DNA of 64,000 nt, taken from assembly GCF_009914755.1 (NCBI RefSeq), contig NC_060927.1; one strand, written 5' to 3'. Below are positions 42,871 through 56,445 of the stretch, one piece after another. Position numbers and translations under genes: made by a program. The stretch's first letter is position 1; each line of letters opens with the position of its first letter. The DNA is from the human T2T-CHM13v2.0 reference genome, Homo sapiens. The notes below the pieces were generated by a model, which was not told where the DNA came from, ran no database searches, and was given only the letters and a program-made list of their open reading frames with translations.

Positions 42871-44384
42871 GGAGCCTGCGTTTCTTCTAATATACAGTGG
42901 AGGAGAGTAATTTTTGCATTACCTACTTTGCAGGCTCTGGAGTTAGATTGAGCGCACCTGAAGCTAAGGTTAAAGATGATGGCTATGGGCATGATGACAG
43001 TAATTGTTCTTCTCTGGTTGGGGACTGATTGATGATCCCTGATTTCTCTGTTTAAACGTTGCCCAAAACAAAGGTTGAGAGGTCCTTAGGGGAGAGGCGA
43101 GATAAGCAGAGGTAGGACTTGCCTTTCTTCTGTGCTTCTCCAGAATTAGTTGTGTCCTGTGGCATCCACAGACAAAAATTGAGCAATCTCCTTCATAGTT
43201 GAGATTGTATAATTCGATAAAATAGGTTTAAATAGCCTTATGCCTGTATAATATTCATGAAAAGTGTCATGAGTGAGGTGGCTTGCTTGTTTTGAAAATG
43301 GGCTGATTTTGACAAAGGGGAAAAATCGGGATTCATTTACTGTAAGTTGAAAGTAAGAAACAACAAAGTTGAATATTAGAAGAACTTGGCTATCGCAAAA
43401 ACCACATACTTTCACATCAGTAAAACATGGAGTTCTGATCTGAGTGAAATGTGAAACTTCTTGCAGACCACAGAGAGTAAAAAGGAGTACTTTTGTTTCA
43501 TTATTAATACCATTGTCCTTATTTCTTTAAATGAGAATTGATAATACCCATAACAGAATCTTTCACACAGGCCAAAAACAGAAAGATAAATTAAACAAAA
43601 CAAACAAACACCCAAAACCTCACCACCACCACCATGACTGCCAACAAAACCCAGTGCTGTGAGGATGCATCAGCTTTAAGATCTCTTTAAGTCATTGTGT
43701 TCTAGAGAAAGGGGTTCTTTATTTGTTTCTATCAGGATAGAGTGAGTTTTTGTTAAAGTTGTCTTTCTTTTTTTTTTTTTTTTCTTCTTCTGGAAGACTG
43801 ACGAAGTTGGCCTTTTGGGATATTACAAGAAAGATAACTTTGTCTTCTAATGTCTGCAGTGATATGAGGCAGGTGACTGTGTGTATTCTGTGGTGATCCA
43901 TGTTCACAAGGAGAGACAGGCCAAGGATGCCCGGTTGATGAGTGCGCTATAGGTGCTTGGGAGTGAGAAGGCAAGAAAGCAAAGTGAACTTAAAAAATAG
44001 CTAGCCAGTGGAATTGAGGGAGAAATGCTCATTCTTTGCTGACACATGAAATAATTGTTGAGGGAGAGTTGCTCAATCTTTGCCTACACATTGAAATAAT
44101 TGTGTTGAAGAGTCTATGAAAAGGGGGTCAATAGATTTGAGTTTTCATCACTTTGGCCACCACCTAATTATAGATGGCCTCCACTGTGAAATATGTGAGT
44201 TGAAATAGATTTTTTTAAAATTCATTTTCTGGACTGGCATTTAGAATTTGAGTTTATTCAATCCTTGCTTCTTGGGCAGTTAGGGTGTCAATGGCAATAG
44301 GAAGGGTAGCTGAGGCCAGAGTGGTGGGGGTAGATGTTGGGTGGAATGTGTGTGGTTGAGCAGAGCATTATTATTATTGCTATT

Positions 44385-44630
44385 ATTATTTTTTAAAAGA
44401 ATCCTTATAGTAAAGAGAGCCAACATTGATTGAATATATGTTCCTTGCCAGAACTTGGGCTAAGTGCTTTATTATAAGTTATCTTATTTAATTTTCACAG
44501 AGACCTGTTGAAGTGTAAGTTTTAGCTTTCTGTTTCACAGCTGTGGAAACTGAGGTGCTGAAAGGATGAAGAACTTCCAAAAAGTCGAAGATATTAAGCA
44601 GCTGTATTAGTCTTCAGATCCTGATATCTT
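44385..44630 (-). mobile_element. MIR
   Basis: CTAAGTGCTTT..TCTTATTTAATTTTCACA..GGAAACTGAGG. Confidence 0.75.
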
Positions 44631-44673
44631 TCTCATAGTTATTCTGATATGCCGTATTAAGTTGCAGAATTGA

Positions 44674-45085
44674 GGCCGGGTGCAGTGGCCCCAATTTTTT
44701 TTTTTTAGTTATTCTTATTTTCTAATTATTTTATATGCTCTCTCTCTCTCTCTCTGTCTACTGTCAAATCCCGGCACTATGGGAGTCTGCAGTGGGAGGA
44801 TCTCTTGATGCCAGGAGTTTGAGACCAGACTGGGCAACATAGTGAGACCCCATTTCTACAAAAAAATGAAATAAAACAATTAGTTGGTCATGATGGTGTA
44901 CACCTGTAGTCCTAGCTACTCAGGAGGCTGAGGCAGGAACATTGCTTGAGAGTTCAAGGCTGCAGTGAGCTATGATTGTGCTGCTATACTCCAGCTTGGA
45001 TAATGGAGCGAGACCCTATCTCTAAACTAAACTAAACTAAACTAAACTAAACTAAACTAAACTAAACTAAAAGTAAGATAAAATA
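44674..45085 (+). mobile_element. AluJ with an internal T-rich insert and a (CTAAA)10 tail
   Basis: GGCCGGGTGCAGTGG [insert] AATCCCGGCACT..GAGTTCAAGGCTGCAGTGAGCTATGAT; CTAAA x10 at 45022-45071. Confidence 0.9.
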
Positions 45086-45155
45086 AACTTACGGAGTTGG
45101 AACATTGCAGGCTATCTATCTGGCTTCCCTGCCCTGAATTCATCGTTCTCTTTGA

Positions 45156-45478
<323 letters not shown>

Positions 45479-46320
45479 TTTCCAACATTTCTTTAAAGAA
45501 ACTAAAAATTAATTTGAATAAGTAACACAAAAATATAGTTTAAACTATAGTATAAAATTCAAAACTATGCAATGACAAGTACATCTTTATTTTATCTCTT
45601 TACTTCTCCCACCCAGAGGAAAGTATAAGTTCTTTATATATCCTTTTAGAAATAAACTGGGTATAAATAAGCATGTGTATACACACACACACAGAAACAC
45701 ACACACAAACACACACAGATATGTATTTATATTCCAGTGTATATAAATACATTTATATACATGCCATTTATATACACATTTGCATTTCTGTTATTAGCGA
45801 CTCTAAACACCATTTGAAATGAGCCGTACCCATTTGTAATTCCGTTTTCTGAACTGTCCTTCACTTCCTTTTCCATTGGATTGCTGAATTTTTGCTTATT
45901 GATTTATTACAGTTAAGAAAATTAACTTGTAGTCTGTGACAGGAATTGTAATGCTTTACCATTTTGCATTTCTTTTTTAACTTGCAGATTAAAATAAAAA
46001 GTTTTATATAGTTAATCCTTTTTTGATTTTATGTTTCTTTGATTTTGTGTGATGCCTAGAAATGCCTTCCCCACTTTGTGATATTTAAAAAGAAATTTCC
46101 AATTTTTCTTCTAGTTATTTCTTCTGCTCTTTCTCAAATCTTTGAACCATTGAAATTTTATTTTGGTAAAAAATGTGAGGTTAGGATTTATTTTGATATT
46201 TTTCTGGATCTGCATTTCTAAACACTGTTTATTGAGGAGTCCATCTCTTTCACACTGATTTGAAAAGCTACCTTTATTGTATATTAAATTTCTTAATACT
46301 TAAGTATTTAATACTTAAGA

Positions 46321-46690
46321 ACACCGTGGAATACTATGCAGCCATAATAAAGGATGAGTTCATGTCCTTTGTAGGGACATGGATGAACCTGGAAACCATC
46401 ATTCTCAGCAAACTATCGCAAGGACAGAAAACCAAAGACCGCATGTTCTTACTCACAGGTGGGAATTGAACAATGAGAATGCTTGGACACAGGAAAGGGA
46501 ACATCACACACTGGGGCCTGTCATGGGGTTGGGGGACGGGGGAGGGATAGCATTAGGAGATATACCTAATGTAAATGACGAGTTAATGGGTGCAGCAAAC
46601 CAACATGGCACATGTATACATATGTAACAAATCTGCACGTTGTGCACATGTACCCCAGAACTTAAAATATTAAAAAAAAGAAAAAAAAAA
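46321..46690 (+). mobile_element. L1PA (PA4/5-like) 3' end, 5'-truncated
   Basis: GGAATACTATGCAGCCATA..GATGAGTTCATGTCCTTTGTAGGGACATGGATGAA..GGGAGGGATAGCATTAGGAGATATACCTAATG, then polyA. Confidence 0.95.
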
Positions 46691-46860
46691 GAATTTGCAT
46701 CTATTTTTAGACTTTCTGTTCTATTCATCTGTCACTTCATGTGTCATTATTATGCTTTCAATTATTGTAGCTTTATAATATGTTTTATTATCTGACAAAG
46801 ATTCCCCATTCCTATTAGTTTCTCTTTTTCAGAAAATTTCTGGCTTTTAATGCCTGTTTA

Positions 46861-47205
<345 letters not shown>

Positions 47206-48154
47206 GTAAAAAAGTTCTGTTGATATACTTATGAGGTTTGCTGGGTTTATTTGTTAGCATTACATGCTATACATTGTAAAAATGTTGATTCTTTTTCTTG
47301 GAATACTAATGCCTTTCCATTTGTTGAAACCTTCTTTGATGTTCCCAGGAGCACTGAGATTTTTCTTCATGTAGACCGTGCCTGTTTCTAATAAGTTAAT
47401 TTTGTAGATATTTTCTACTTGCTCTAGTTAATGTAATTATTTTCTATTTCATTTAATTATATGTGTGTGTGCCTCTGTGTTTGGGGTCTGGATTTCAGTA
47501 CATTGATTTTCTGCTCAGCCACTTTACTGAATTGTCTCATTATTTGAATAATTTTAGATAAATTTTTTTTGAGTTTCTAGTTAAGTAAGTATATTATCTG
47601 CCAATAATTTATCCTTTCTTTCCAATTTTTACAACACTTATAGCTTTCTTCTAACTGTACTAATACCTCTAGAATAGTAAATATTAAATAACTGTGGTTG
47701 AGTAAATGTCCTTCTTTTGTGTCTGAGTTTAATGGGAATGCTCATAATGTTCCCTGTTACTAGTGACATTGGCTTTCGATTTGAGAAATGTATTGTGTTG
47801 AAAAGTATCCACACTTATTTTGATAGTGTTGTTATTGTTGTTGTTTTAATTGAGACTGGTTGTTAAAAGGTTATCTAGCTTTTTTTTTTAAAGAAACTTT
47901 GAAAGTAATCATATATTCTAAAAAAATTTTATGTTTTTCTCTTTTGTCCTGTAAATTTGCTGTAATATATGAATAAAATTTTCAAATATGAAATCTTGTT
48001 AGTATTCTTGCTAAAATAATTATCAACTTGTTCATTGTTTCTGTATTATATATTTTTAGTGTTGCTAGATCCTAGAGATCATTAATATATTAATGATCTG
48101 TGCTTCAATTTTCATAAGTGAGATTATTTGAAAATTCTGTGTGTGTGTGTGTGT

Positions 48155-48380
48155 GATCGAGACCATCCTGACCAAAATAGTGAAATCTCGTCTCTAATGA
48201 AAATACAAAAATTAGCTGGGCATGGTGTCATGCGCCTGTAATCCCAGCTACTCGGGAGGCTGAGGCAGGAGGATCGCTTGAACCCGGGAGGCAGAGTTTG
48301 CAGTGAGTGAGATTGCGCCCCTGACTCCAGCCTGGCGACAGAGAGAGACTCCATCTCAAAATAAACAAACAAACAAACAA
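48155..48380 (+). mobile_element. 5'-truncated Alu (Sc-like) with a (CAAA)n tail
   Basis: Starts at GATCGAGACCATCCTG directly after a (TG)n run. Confidence 0.9.
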
Positions 48381-48432
48381 GGAAGCTTTTCTTTTTTCTT
48401 TATTTTGAAATAGTTTGATAACATTTACATGG

Positions 48433-48591
48433 GTTATTTCTTTAAAATATGGTAGAATTCCCTTGTGAAAATACCTTCACTTATTGCCTTTTTTGGAGTG
48501 AAGAACGGAGTGAAGAAAGTTATTTCTTTAAAATATGGTAGAATTCCCTTGTGAAAATACCTTCACTTATTGCCTTTTTTGGAGTGAAGAA
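48433..48591. repeat. Perfect 73-bp tandem duplication with a 13-nt junction insert
   Basis: 48433-48505 is identical to 48519-48591; spacer CGGAGTGAAGAAA. Confidence 0.97.
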
Positions 48592-49164
48592 TGTGTTTGC
48601 TCTTTAAAATTTTTTACATTTTTTTTCTGTAGTAATTGGACTAATTAGCTTTTATATCTATTCTGTGATTACCTTTGTTAAATTATAGTTTTTTTAGGGA
48701 AGTCACCTATTTCAAATTCATTTGCATGGTGTAAAATAATTTCTCATGATTGTTTTCATTTCCTCTGTATTTATGGTTATATTTCACATTATTATTTAAA
48801 GTTTTATGGATTTCTGCTATGTGTATCCATCTTTCTGGCTAAAGCATCAGAGTTTAATTTATTATTTATTTAAAAAATAGCTTTTGCATTTATGTGTTGG
48901 CTCTACCACTTTGTAATTCTTTATTTTCTCTTTAAAATCTTCAATAATACCTTCTACTTTTTCTAGGTTTATTTTGTTGTTTTTCTCATTGTTTGAACTT
49001 GGCTCTTAATTTCCATATTTTTATTTCTGCTTTTTTATTCATATAAATAAGATATAAATTTTCCTGTAAGAGATGCTTATTTGTATGCCTTAAGTTTTGC
49101 TAAATAGTGTTTTTAATCTTATTTTTTAGTTATTTGACTATGCACAGGTTCTTAAAATCCCAGA

Positions 49165-49300
49165 CCCATTAGAATGTAAGCTTTGTAGGGACAGGAACCT
49201 TGTCTGTTTATTTATTTTGGGTCTACCGTTGTGCCTGTCATATATTTCTTAAGCACTTGCTAATGTGCTTAAGAAATGCTTTTGTGTGAATAAATAAATC
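49165..49300 (+). mobile_element. L2 3' end
   Basis: TTAGAATGTAAGCTTTGTAGGGACAGGAACCTTGTCTG..GTGCCTG..TGAATAAAT. Confidence 0.75.
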
Positions 49301-49531
49301 TCCAGGGAATTATGGAATTTGTGGCTGATTCAGTCCTGTAACTCTAGTTCGTTTCTGCCTCATTTGGATATTCTCTCTAGGTATCTACTAATGTGTAGGA
49401 ATAAGAACATATTAGACATGCTTCAAATTACCTTTTTAGGTCATGATATTAATAGATTTATTTTAAAAGTCTACATAGTTTTTCTCAAATCAAGTATACC
49501 TGGGTAAAAATGTCTTTCTAAAGATTAGCCT

Positions 49532-49995
<464 letters not shown>

Positions 49996-50452
49996 GAATT
50001 GCTCAAGAAAAAATACAGTTGAGTAGAATTAGAATGCTAGCAGTGTTGCAATAGCAGAGATCACATGATGCCCATGATGTTTGTGACCTTGGACACTTTA
50101 GGCTAAATTTTGCACAGAAGCCCAAGTCCAGGATAGAAATGATAACGATGAACCTGCTGTAGTGCAGGGAAAGATGCAGAGCTGGGGGGAAGCCCAAACC
50201 CCTACTGATGGCCACTTTTTCTTCTGACCTCTTCCTATGTCTCATTTAAAAACCAGTAGCTTTACTTCGAAAACTCAATTTTCAGATGAGAATCAAAACA
50301 AAAATGCAAAGAAGGCAAATGATTCATAAAAGTTGCTGAGTGAATTAGAACTATAATGTGGGACAAACACTCCGCCTTTCTGTCTCTGCAGCTAGTGGTA
50401 TTTCCAGGTTCCCAGGGAACCTCCTGTCCCTTGCTCCACTGTGCATTTTTAG

Positions 50453-50840
50453 ATGGACCTGATATTTGGTTACCTCCCTTGTCAGGCCCAACAATCCTTG
50501 CTAAGGCACAGACTTGTGTATTTGCTGATCCCTGAGGGGAAAGCTGTGATTCAGGCTCTGAAGTCTAAGAATTGCAGACTTAGTTTCTTGTCTCCCGATG
50601 AAACTGCTAATCTGGGTGCCAATGGTGTTTCTGCTACATGGACACCTGCCCACACAGCATGATTAGAAATTATAATGATGACGACGATGAGTCTTCCAGG
50701 ACACCCACGTTCTTTGCAAGATATTTCTGCTAATCGTTTCTACCAGAATCAGTTGGAAAACTTTTTTTTTTAAGTTTTTTTTTTTTCTCTGTATCTAAGT
50801 CAACCAAAAATGCTGGTCTAATTCAGGTATAGATTAAAGG
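50453..50840 (+). other. Candidate alternative (terminal) exon
   Basis: Pyrimidine-rich acceptor ...GTGCATTTTTAG|ATGG (AG at 50451-50452), unique sequence, and ATTAAA at 50833-50838. Confidence 0.35.
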
Positions 50841-50899
50841 TTTGTCCTCACCATTAATGGTGTGTTATTATTCATGCAGGGCATCCTAGAACCTTGGGC

Positions 50900-51110
50900 A
50901 CATAGTGTAATGGAAAGCACGCTGGGCCAGGGAGATGTGGATTCAGGCTTGAGCAGTGCCAAAAATTTTCGTTATGGCCTTGGTAAAGGTGATTTCCCAT
51001 CTCTGTGACTTTGTGTCTCCTTCTGTTAAATGGGCATTCAAATCTTTTGTACCTAACTTATTAGGGCCCTGATAATCAAATTAGCCAATAAGTAAGAAAA
51101 TGTTTTCTTA
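50900..51110 (+). mobile_element. MIR
   Basis: CATAGTGTAATGGAAAGCAC..TATGGCCTTGGTAAA..CTCTGTG..CTGTTAAATGGG. Confidence 0.7.
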
Positions 51111-52277
51111 ACCACACTGTAAATTAAGAGGATTCATATTGAAATCACTTTTCCATTATTGCTGTCTTAGCCTGCTAAAGTTATATTTAGTGTAGTGCAA
51201 CTAAGCAGGGTTGTGAGAGCTGGGAAGGTAGACTGTTGTATTGGGCAGGGTCAGGGCAGATAAAGGACCAAAATAATGCCTGAAATGCTGTATTAACCTG
51301 CTCTACCTTGAACTGCTGTCTTGAATTGGGGGGAAAAATGAAGCTCTGAGGGGATGGTGCACAGGGAGAAAAGAGAGAATCTCAGGAATTGAAAGTCTCA
51401 ATGGAGAAGAGGTGGGAGAAGAATAGGAGGCTAGAGTGAGGGCATGTGATCGTGGAGTACCGATCTGGAGACAAGAGAAGAAAGTAGAAAAATGCCAGCA
51501 CTGTCTTTGGACCCTGTGTATCTGGAGTGTGGGAGGACAGGCAGACACAAATAGAGAGGCTCTAGGGAAAACAGCATTCTCATAGAAGATCCTTCTCCAC
51601 AAAAAGCCCTCCAAATGTCCTCCAGGAGGGTAGAAGCTGGTTTTAAAGCTCCTCAGGGTCAGGAAGATCCTTCTCTTATTTTTCTTTGCATCGTGCAGTT
51701 TAATTTAGCACAGTACTTTGCTCACAGCACTTAAAAAATTATTCTGGGCCTTGCTTTTTAATTTTAGGCCCAAATACCTGAAAAAATGTTCAGGAGGAAT
51801 TCTGATAAGAAAGAGCTAACTTAGGCAATTCCATTTCTTTTTTTGGTTCACTGTTTCCTCATCTGAAAAGTGTTGGGCTCCATGACGTGGTTTCTATGAC
51901 ACTCAGTACCTTTGTTGAAGAGAAAACATTTTTCTAAAACTAGGATTTCCAAAAAAACAAAAAAAAAAAAGAAAAACAAAACTCATGAATATGTGGATAT
52001 TTTTGTGATAGTGATGAAGGTTTGGGAATGGAGTAGAATGTTTCCTAAAGTCCTTTTCTTTTAGCAGAAGACTTGAGTTTGTAAACTCGGCTCATATAAT
52101 TTCAGCTTGCCTGTCTACCTTCCTTCCATCTACCTACCTACCTACTTACATAAGTACCTACTTATATATGGAGAACACGGTGGAATTTAATTTTTCTTAT
52201 TCTTTTCGACTTTGGTTGGCTTGGTGAATCAAGTAAACTGTGTTGAAGAAAAACTAACTTTTGAGGGAAAAAATTGA

Positions 52278-52597
<320 letters not shown>

Positions 52598-53212
52598 AAA
52601 AATTATGATTCTTTGAAAAGGATTTTTCTCAGGTTAGTTTATATAGTTTCACAGATGCTTGAGATAAGGATTAGAAAGTTCAGACACTGAATCTCCACAG
52701 ACCCCTGTGAATGTGTTGGCTAAGCACCTTGTCTTCTCAGGAACACACACTGGAACAGACTTTCTTTCAGTAAAACAGGGCCAGAATAGTCTTTGAAACA
52801 TCCAACGGTGGTTTGGGAAGAGGATTCTCTATATAATGCCTGTCCAAATACAGAATAAAAATTTTCAACAATTAGCAAAAATGTGGATTTTTCAGTTACC
52901 AATTCCTTATTTGGCACAGTTGGTCTTTCTCATCTTATTCATTCATTCATTTATTTCATTTTATTTATTTACTTTTAAAATACTTGTTTAATTCACCTTT
53001 CTTGCTCCCATTGAGCCTTTTAACTAATCAAATGCATTTGAAATGCTATTAATTTATGATAACAGTAAGACCCAAGACATCACTTTATGTAATATCTTGT
53101 ATTGTAGTTCATTGTTGTCAGCTCTTTTTCTGATGGGGTTTTGATTTAGCTGGAGGCAGTTTAAGGGTGTTCATTCCCCAATAATGTTTGTCTGTTGAAG
53201 CTGGTGAGCTAG

Positions 53213-53705
53213 ACTAACAGTACAAAGAGTTCCTGTGTACCCTTCACCCAGCTTTCCCTGATGTTAACATCTTATATAACCAAAGTATGTTTAAGCAAAG
53301 AAATTATCATTGGTGTAACATGACTAAAGAAGTGATTATATCTTTTATTGGCAGTTTTCCAGTTTTTCCACTAATGCCTTTCGTTTTTTTCCTAGATCTA
53401 GTTTAGGATGCTGCTGTGCATTTAGTCATCCTGTCTTCTTTGTCTCCTCCTGACTGTGGCTATTTCTCAGCCTTTCCCTGTTTTTAGGACCTTGACACTT
53501 TTTTAGTGTAACGGTCAGGTATTTTGAAGAATGAGTGTCTTGCAACTTGAGTCTGACTGATGCTTTCTCATGATTAAATTGGGGTTTTAGATTTCTGGGA
53601 AGACCACCACAGAGGTGAAGTACGCTTCTCATTGCTTCATATCACAGCGTACATGATGTTAATGTGAGTTATTACTGGTGATGTTAATTGTGATAGTGGC
53701 CAGTT
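53213..53705 (-). mobile_element. L1MC 3' UTR fragment
   Basis: GTACCCTTCACCCAGCTTTCCC..GTTAACATCTTA..GACCTTGACAC..GAAGACCACCACAGAGGTGAAG..TTACTGGTGATGTTAA. Confidence 0.85.
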
Positions 53706-54778
53706 TTGTTTTATTTTATTTTTTAATAGAAGACCAGTTGTCTGGGACTATACACACTCCAACACATTTGCAAATTGGTGGCAATGATTATTGACTAGTC
53801 CTCAAACTACTAACTTCATGATAATGGAAAGCCGAAACTCCCAAATCACATGGACCTCAAAGTTCAATTAGAAAATTTGGTTAGGACCTGACGACAATGT
53901 TGCGATTTGCTACAGCCTGCCCTGCAGTCTCAACTCTGGGGTCCCCTCAGTGGTGAGCTCAGTCACAGTGCTGCTTCTGTGTATACTTACCCAGTAAACA
54001 ACCCAGGCATTGGGGCCTGTCTCAGAAACCACATCTCCAATAGAAAGGAGAACACTTGGGAAAGCAGGAAGGAGTAAGAAACGGAACTCGCCCATTCCTG
54101 ACAACTAATCCTTTTCCTTTCTAAGTATGGCTTAGTGGATGTCAGCCATTCACTGTTCAGGACAGGATAGGGATGAGGAGAGAATTCTTTTTCATTTGAC
54201 AAGGACATTGAATTTTCCTTATCCATGGATCAAGACTAGAAGGTATGGAGAGGAAAAGGGCTTCTCATCTCTTTCTTTCAGTAGCTTCATGCACTGATGC
54301 ATCGTACTTACTGAATGTTTTACCTTCTCTGTGCTCTTCTCAGAGGATGCACAGAGGATTGGGAAGAGGAAGTATTGGTGACTTGATCTAGAAAAAAGAG
54401 ATTGTTTCAAGCCACAAAAAGTTTGAGGGTAAAATCTCAAGTCCTGTGTGTGATGAATCAGTAGAAAAGGTATCCCAGTGGCCAGTGTGAGTAAGCTGTC
54501 ATATTTTCGGTAGTAATCCTTGGTCCTGTTTGATTTTCCTCATCCTCACATATAAGATGGAGCCATTTCTCCCTCTGGCGTTTGCCATCACAGTGTCCTG
54601 CAGTCTCTTGGTCTTGAGATAGAAGGTTGAGAGAAACACTTTGCAGTATTGGGAGAACTGGGTCTGCCTGTGGGAGTACTTGTATCTCAATCAATATTAC
54701 AGAACTTGGCTCCTTGTTTCCAACAAATGTTTTGCTCTGTTCTCATCCTGGGAGTTGAAGGTTGAGGCGAGGTGGGAG

Positions 54779-54977
54779 ATGTGCTGTATAATATGGCAGC
54801 CACTAACCACATGTGGCTGTTGAGCACTTGAAAGGTGGCTAGTGCCACATGTTGAAAAATAATATTTTGGATATATTTGTAAAATAATTTTTTTCAATGA
54901 GCCTTTTGAAATGTGGCTACTAGAAAATTTTAAATGGTGTATGTGGCTCCTATGATAATTCTATTGGATGGTGCTGG
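54779..54977. mobile_element. MER3 (hAT-Charlie MITE)
   Basis: GTGCTGTATAATATGGCAGCCACTAACCACATGTGGCTGTTGAGCACTTGAAA..TATTGGATGGTGCTG. Confidence 0.85.
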
Positions 54978-56209
54978 CTTAGAGCCTGGGAAGAACATGG
55001 ATCAGAGTCAATTGACCTTGTGTTCTCCCCTGAGTTCTAATAATATTGTCATTAAAAGGAGAAGCTTCAACAGCCATAATTTTCATTTTAAAAAGTCTAA
55101 TTCAGAAGAATTGGCTCATTTTATATTATTGCTTGGACTGGAGAAAAATCTGACATTTGGTATTTTCATAATTGAGAACATAACTTGCTGACTTAAAAAA
55201 AAAATCACAACATTTTGTGCTTGGCCTTAGGTACCAGCCTTTGAGCTCTTTGAAAATAGGGATTGGGTCTTTTTCTCTTTCTACCATCCTTTTTCCCCCA
55301 AAACCACACACTAACACGTAGAAGATGGTTAACTGGCATTTGTTGAAAACCAAAATAACTTTAAATAGAGAAAACTTTGTGAAGCTACCTTGTATTTATG
55401 GTTGGAAGAGTGAAATACCTTTATAAGGCATCCCATTTTCTTAAGATAGCCAGCAAAAATGAAGAACATTGATCCAAGTGTTTATTTACTTATTGATTTA
55501 ATTACCATTCTCATCAGGTGTCCCTGTCATCTCAGCTTATGATAAGGAATCTTTTCAAGATGCTTCACCTCATCACTCTCTAGGTAAAGGGGGACAGAAA
55601 AGGATGCTGCTTACATATACGAATCCCCATCTTTGCTCAGATATTATGTCTAAGGGCCTAAGGACTGGATAATCTTATTTTTTCTGTGGCTTGATCCTTT
55701 CCAACATTTAATCTATGGAGGTTGTGAGGATAACAATGAAAAGGCAAGTTTAAGCTTGGACTGTAGATACTTTTCACTGGGTGGTTTTATTTTATTATGC
55801 TTCATTGTGAACCAGAGCCTCTGTGAACATATGACTTATAGGCCCTCAGGCTTCCACTGTGTCCCTTTCCCTGATTCGTCCTTCTTCACTGCATGCCCTG
55901 GTGTTGGGTGAGGGAGCAGGCTTTATGTGATGTCATTTTCTCAGAGCCCTGAGCTGGGAAATTCAAGAGTCTCCATGATTCCTAGTTAGGCATGGAAGAG
56001 ACCCTAACTGGTCCCTCAGGAACATGTTTGGTTGGTCAGAGGTAACTCTTATAGAATCTATGATGGCTTAGTCGTTCACTCTTCCTAGAAAAGACCTCTT
56101 TAAAAAGGCCTTTTGGTTATATACGGCCTGAGTTTTAAGTAATATTTGCAATGTTGATTCTCTGGTAGAAGAGAATGAAAAGTTGTGAGTGCTCTTGGAA
56201 GAGTGCCGG

Positions 56210-56445
56210 ACAGCTGTAGTGATGGGAAAAGTATTGGCCTTGGAGTCAGACCTGTGTTTACTTCCTGGCTCTGCTATTTTCTAGTTGTATGACTCTATGC
56301 AAGTAACTTCTCATCTCTGAGCATTAATTTCTTCACCTGTTTGACATAGACAATGTCTGCCTCACAAAGTTGTGATATGTTAATGTATGTGGGATACCTA
56401 TCTCAGGACCCAATACTTAGTCTTTATAAAACACTAAATGAATTG
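56210..56445 (+). mobile_element. MIR
   Basis: GGCCTTGGAGTCAGACCTG..CCTGGCTCTGC..GCAAGTAACTT..CTCTGAGC..GCCTCACA. Confidence 0.85.

Noticed and set aside
46260-46627. ORF containing EYYAAIIKDEFMSFVGTWMNLETIILSKLSQ
   Set aside because: C-terminal remnant of L1 ORF2 in a 5'-truncated L1PA; it cannot be an autonomous element.
48433-48591. Repeat-spacer-repeat as a CRISPR-like array
   Set aside because: Eukaryotic DNA, only two units, the spacer derives from the repeat, and there are no cas genes.
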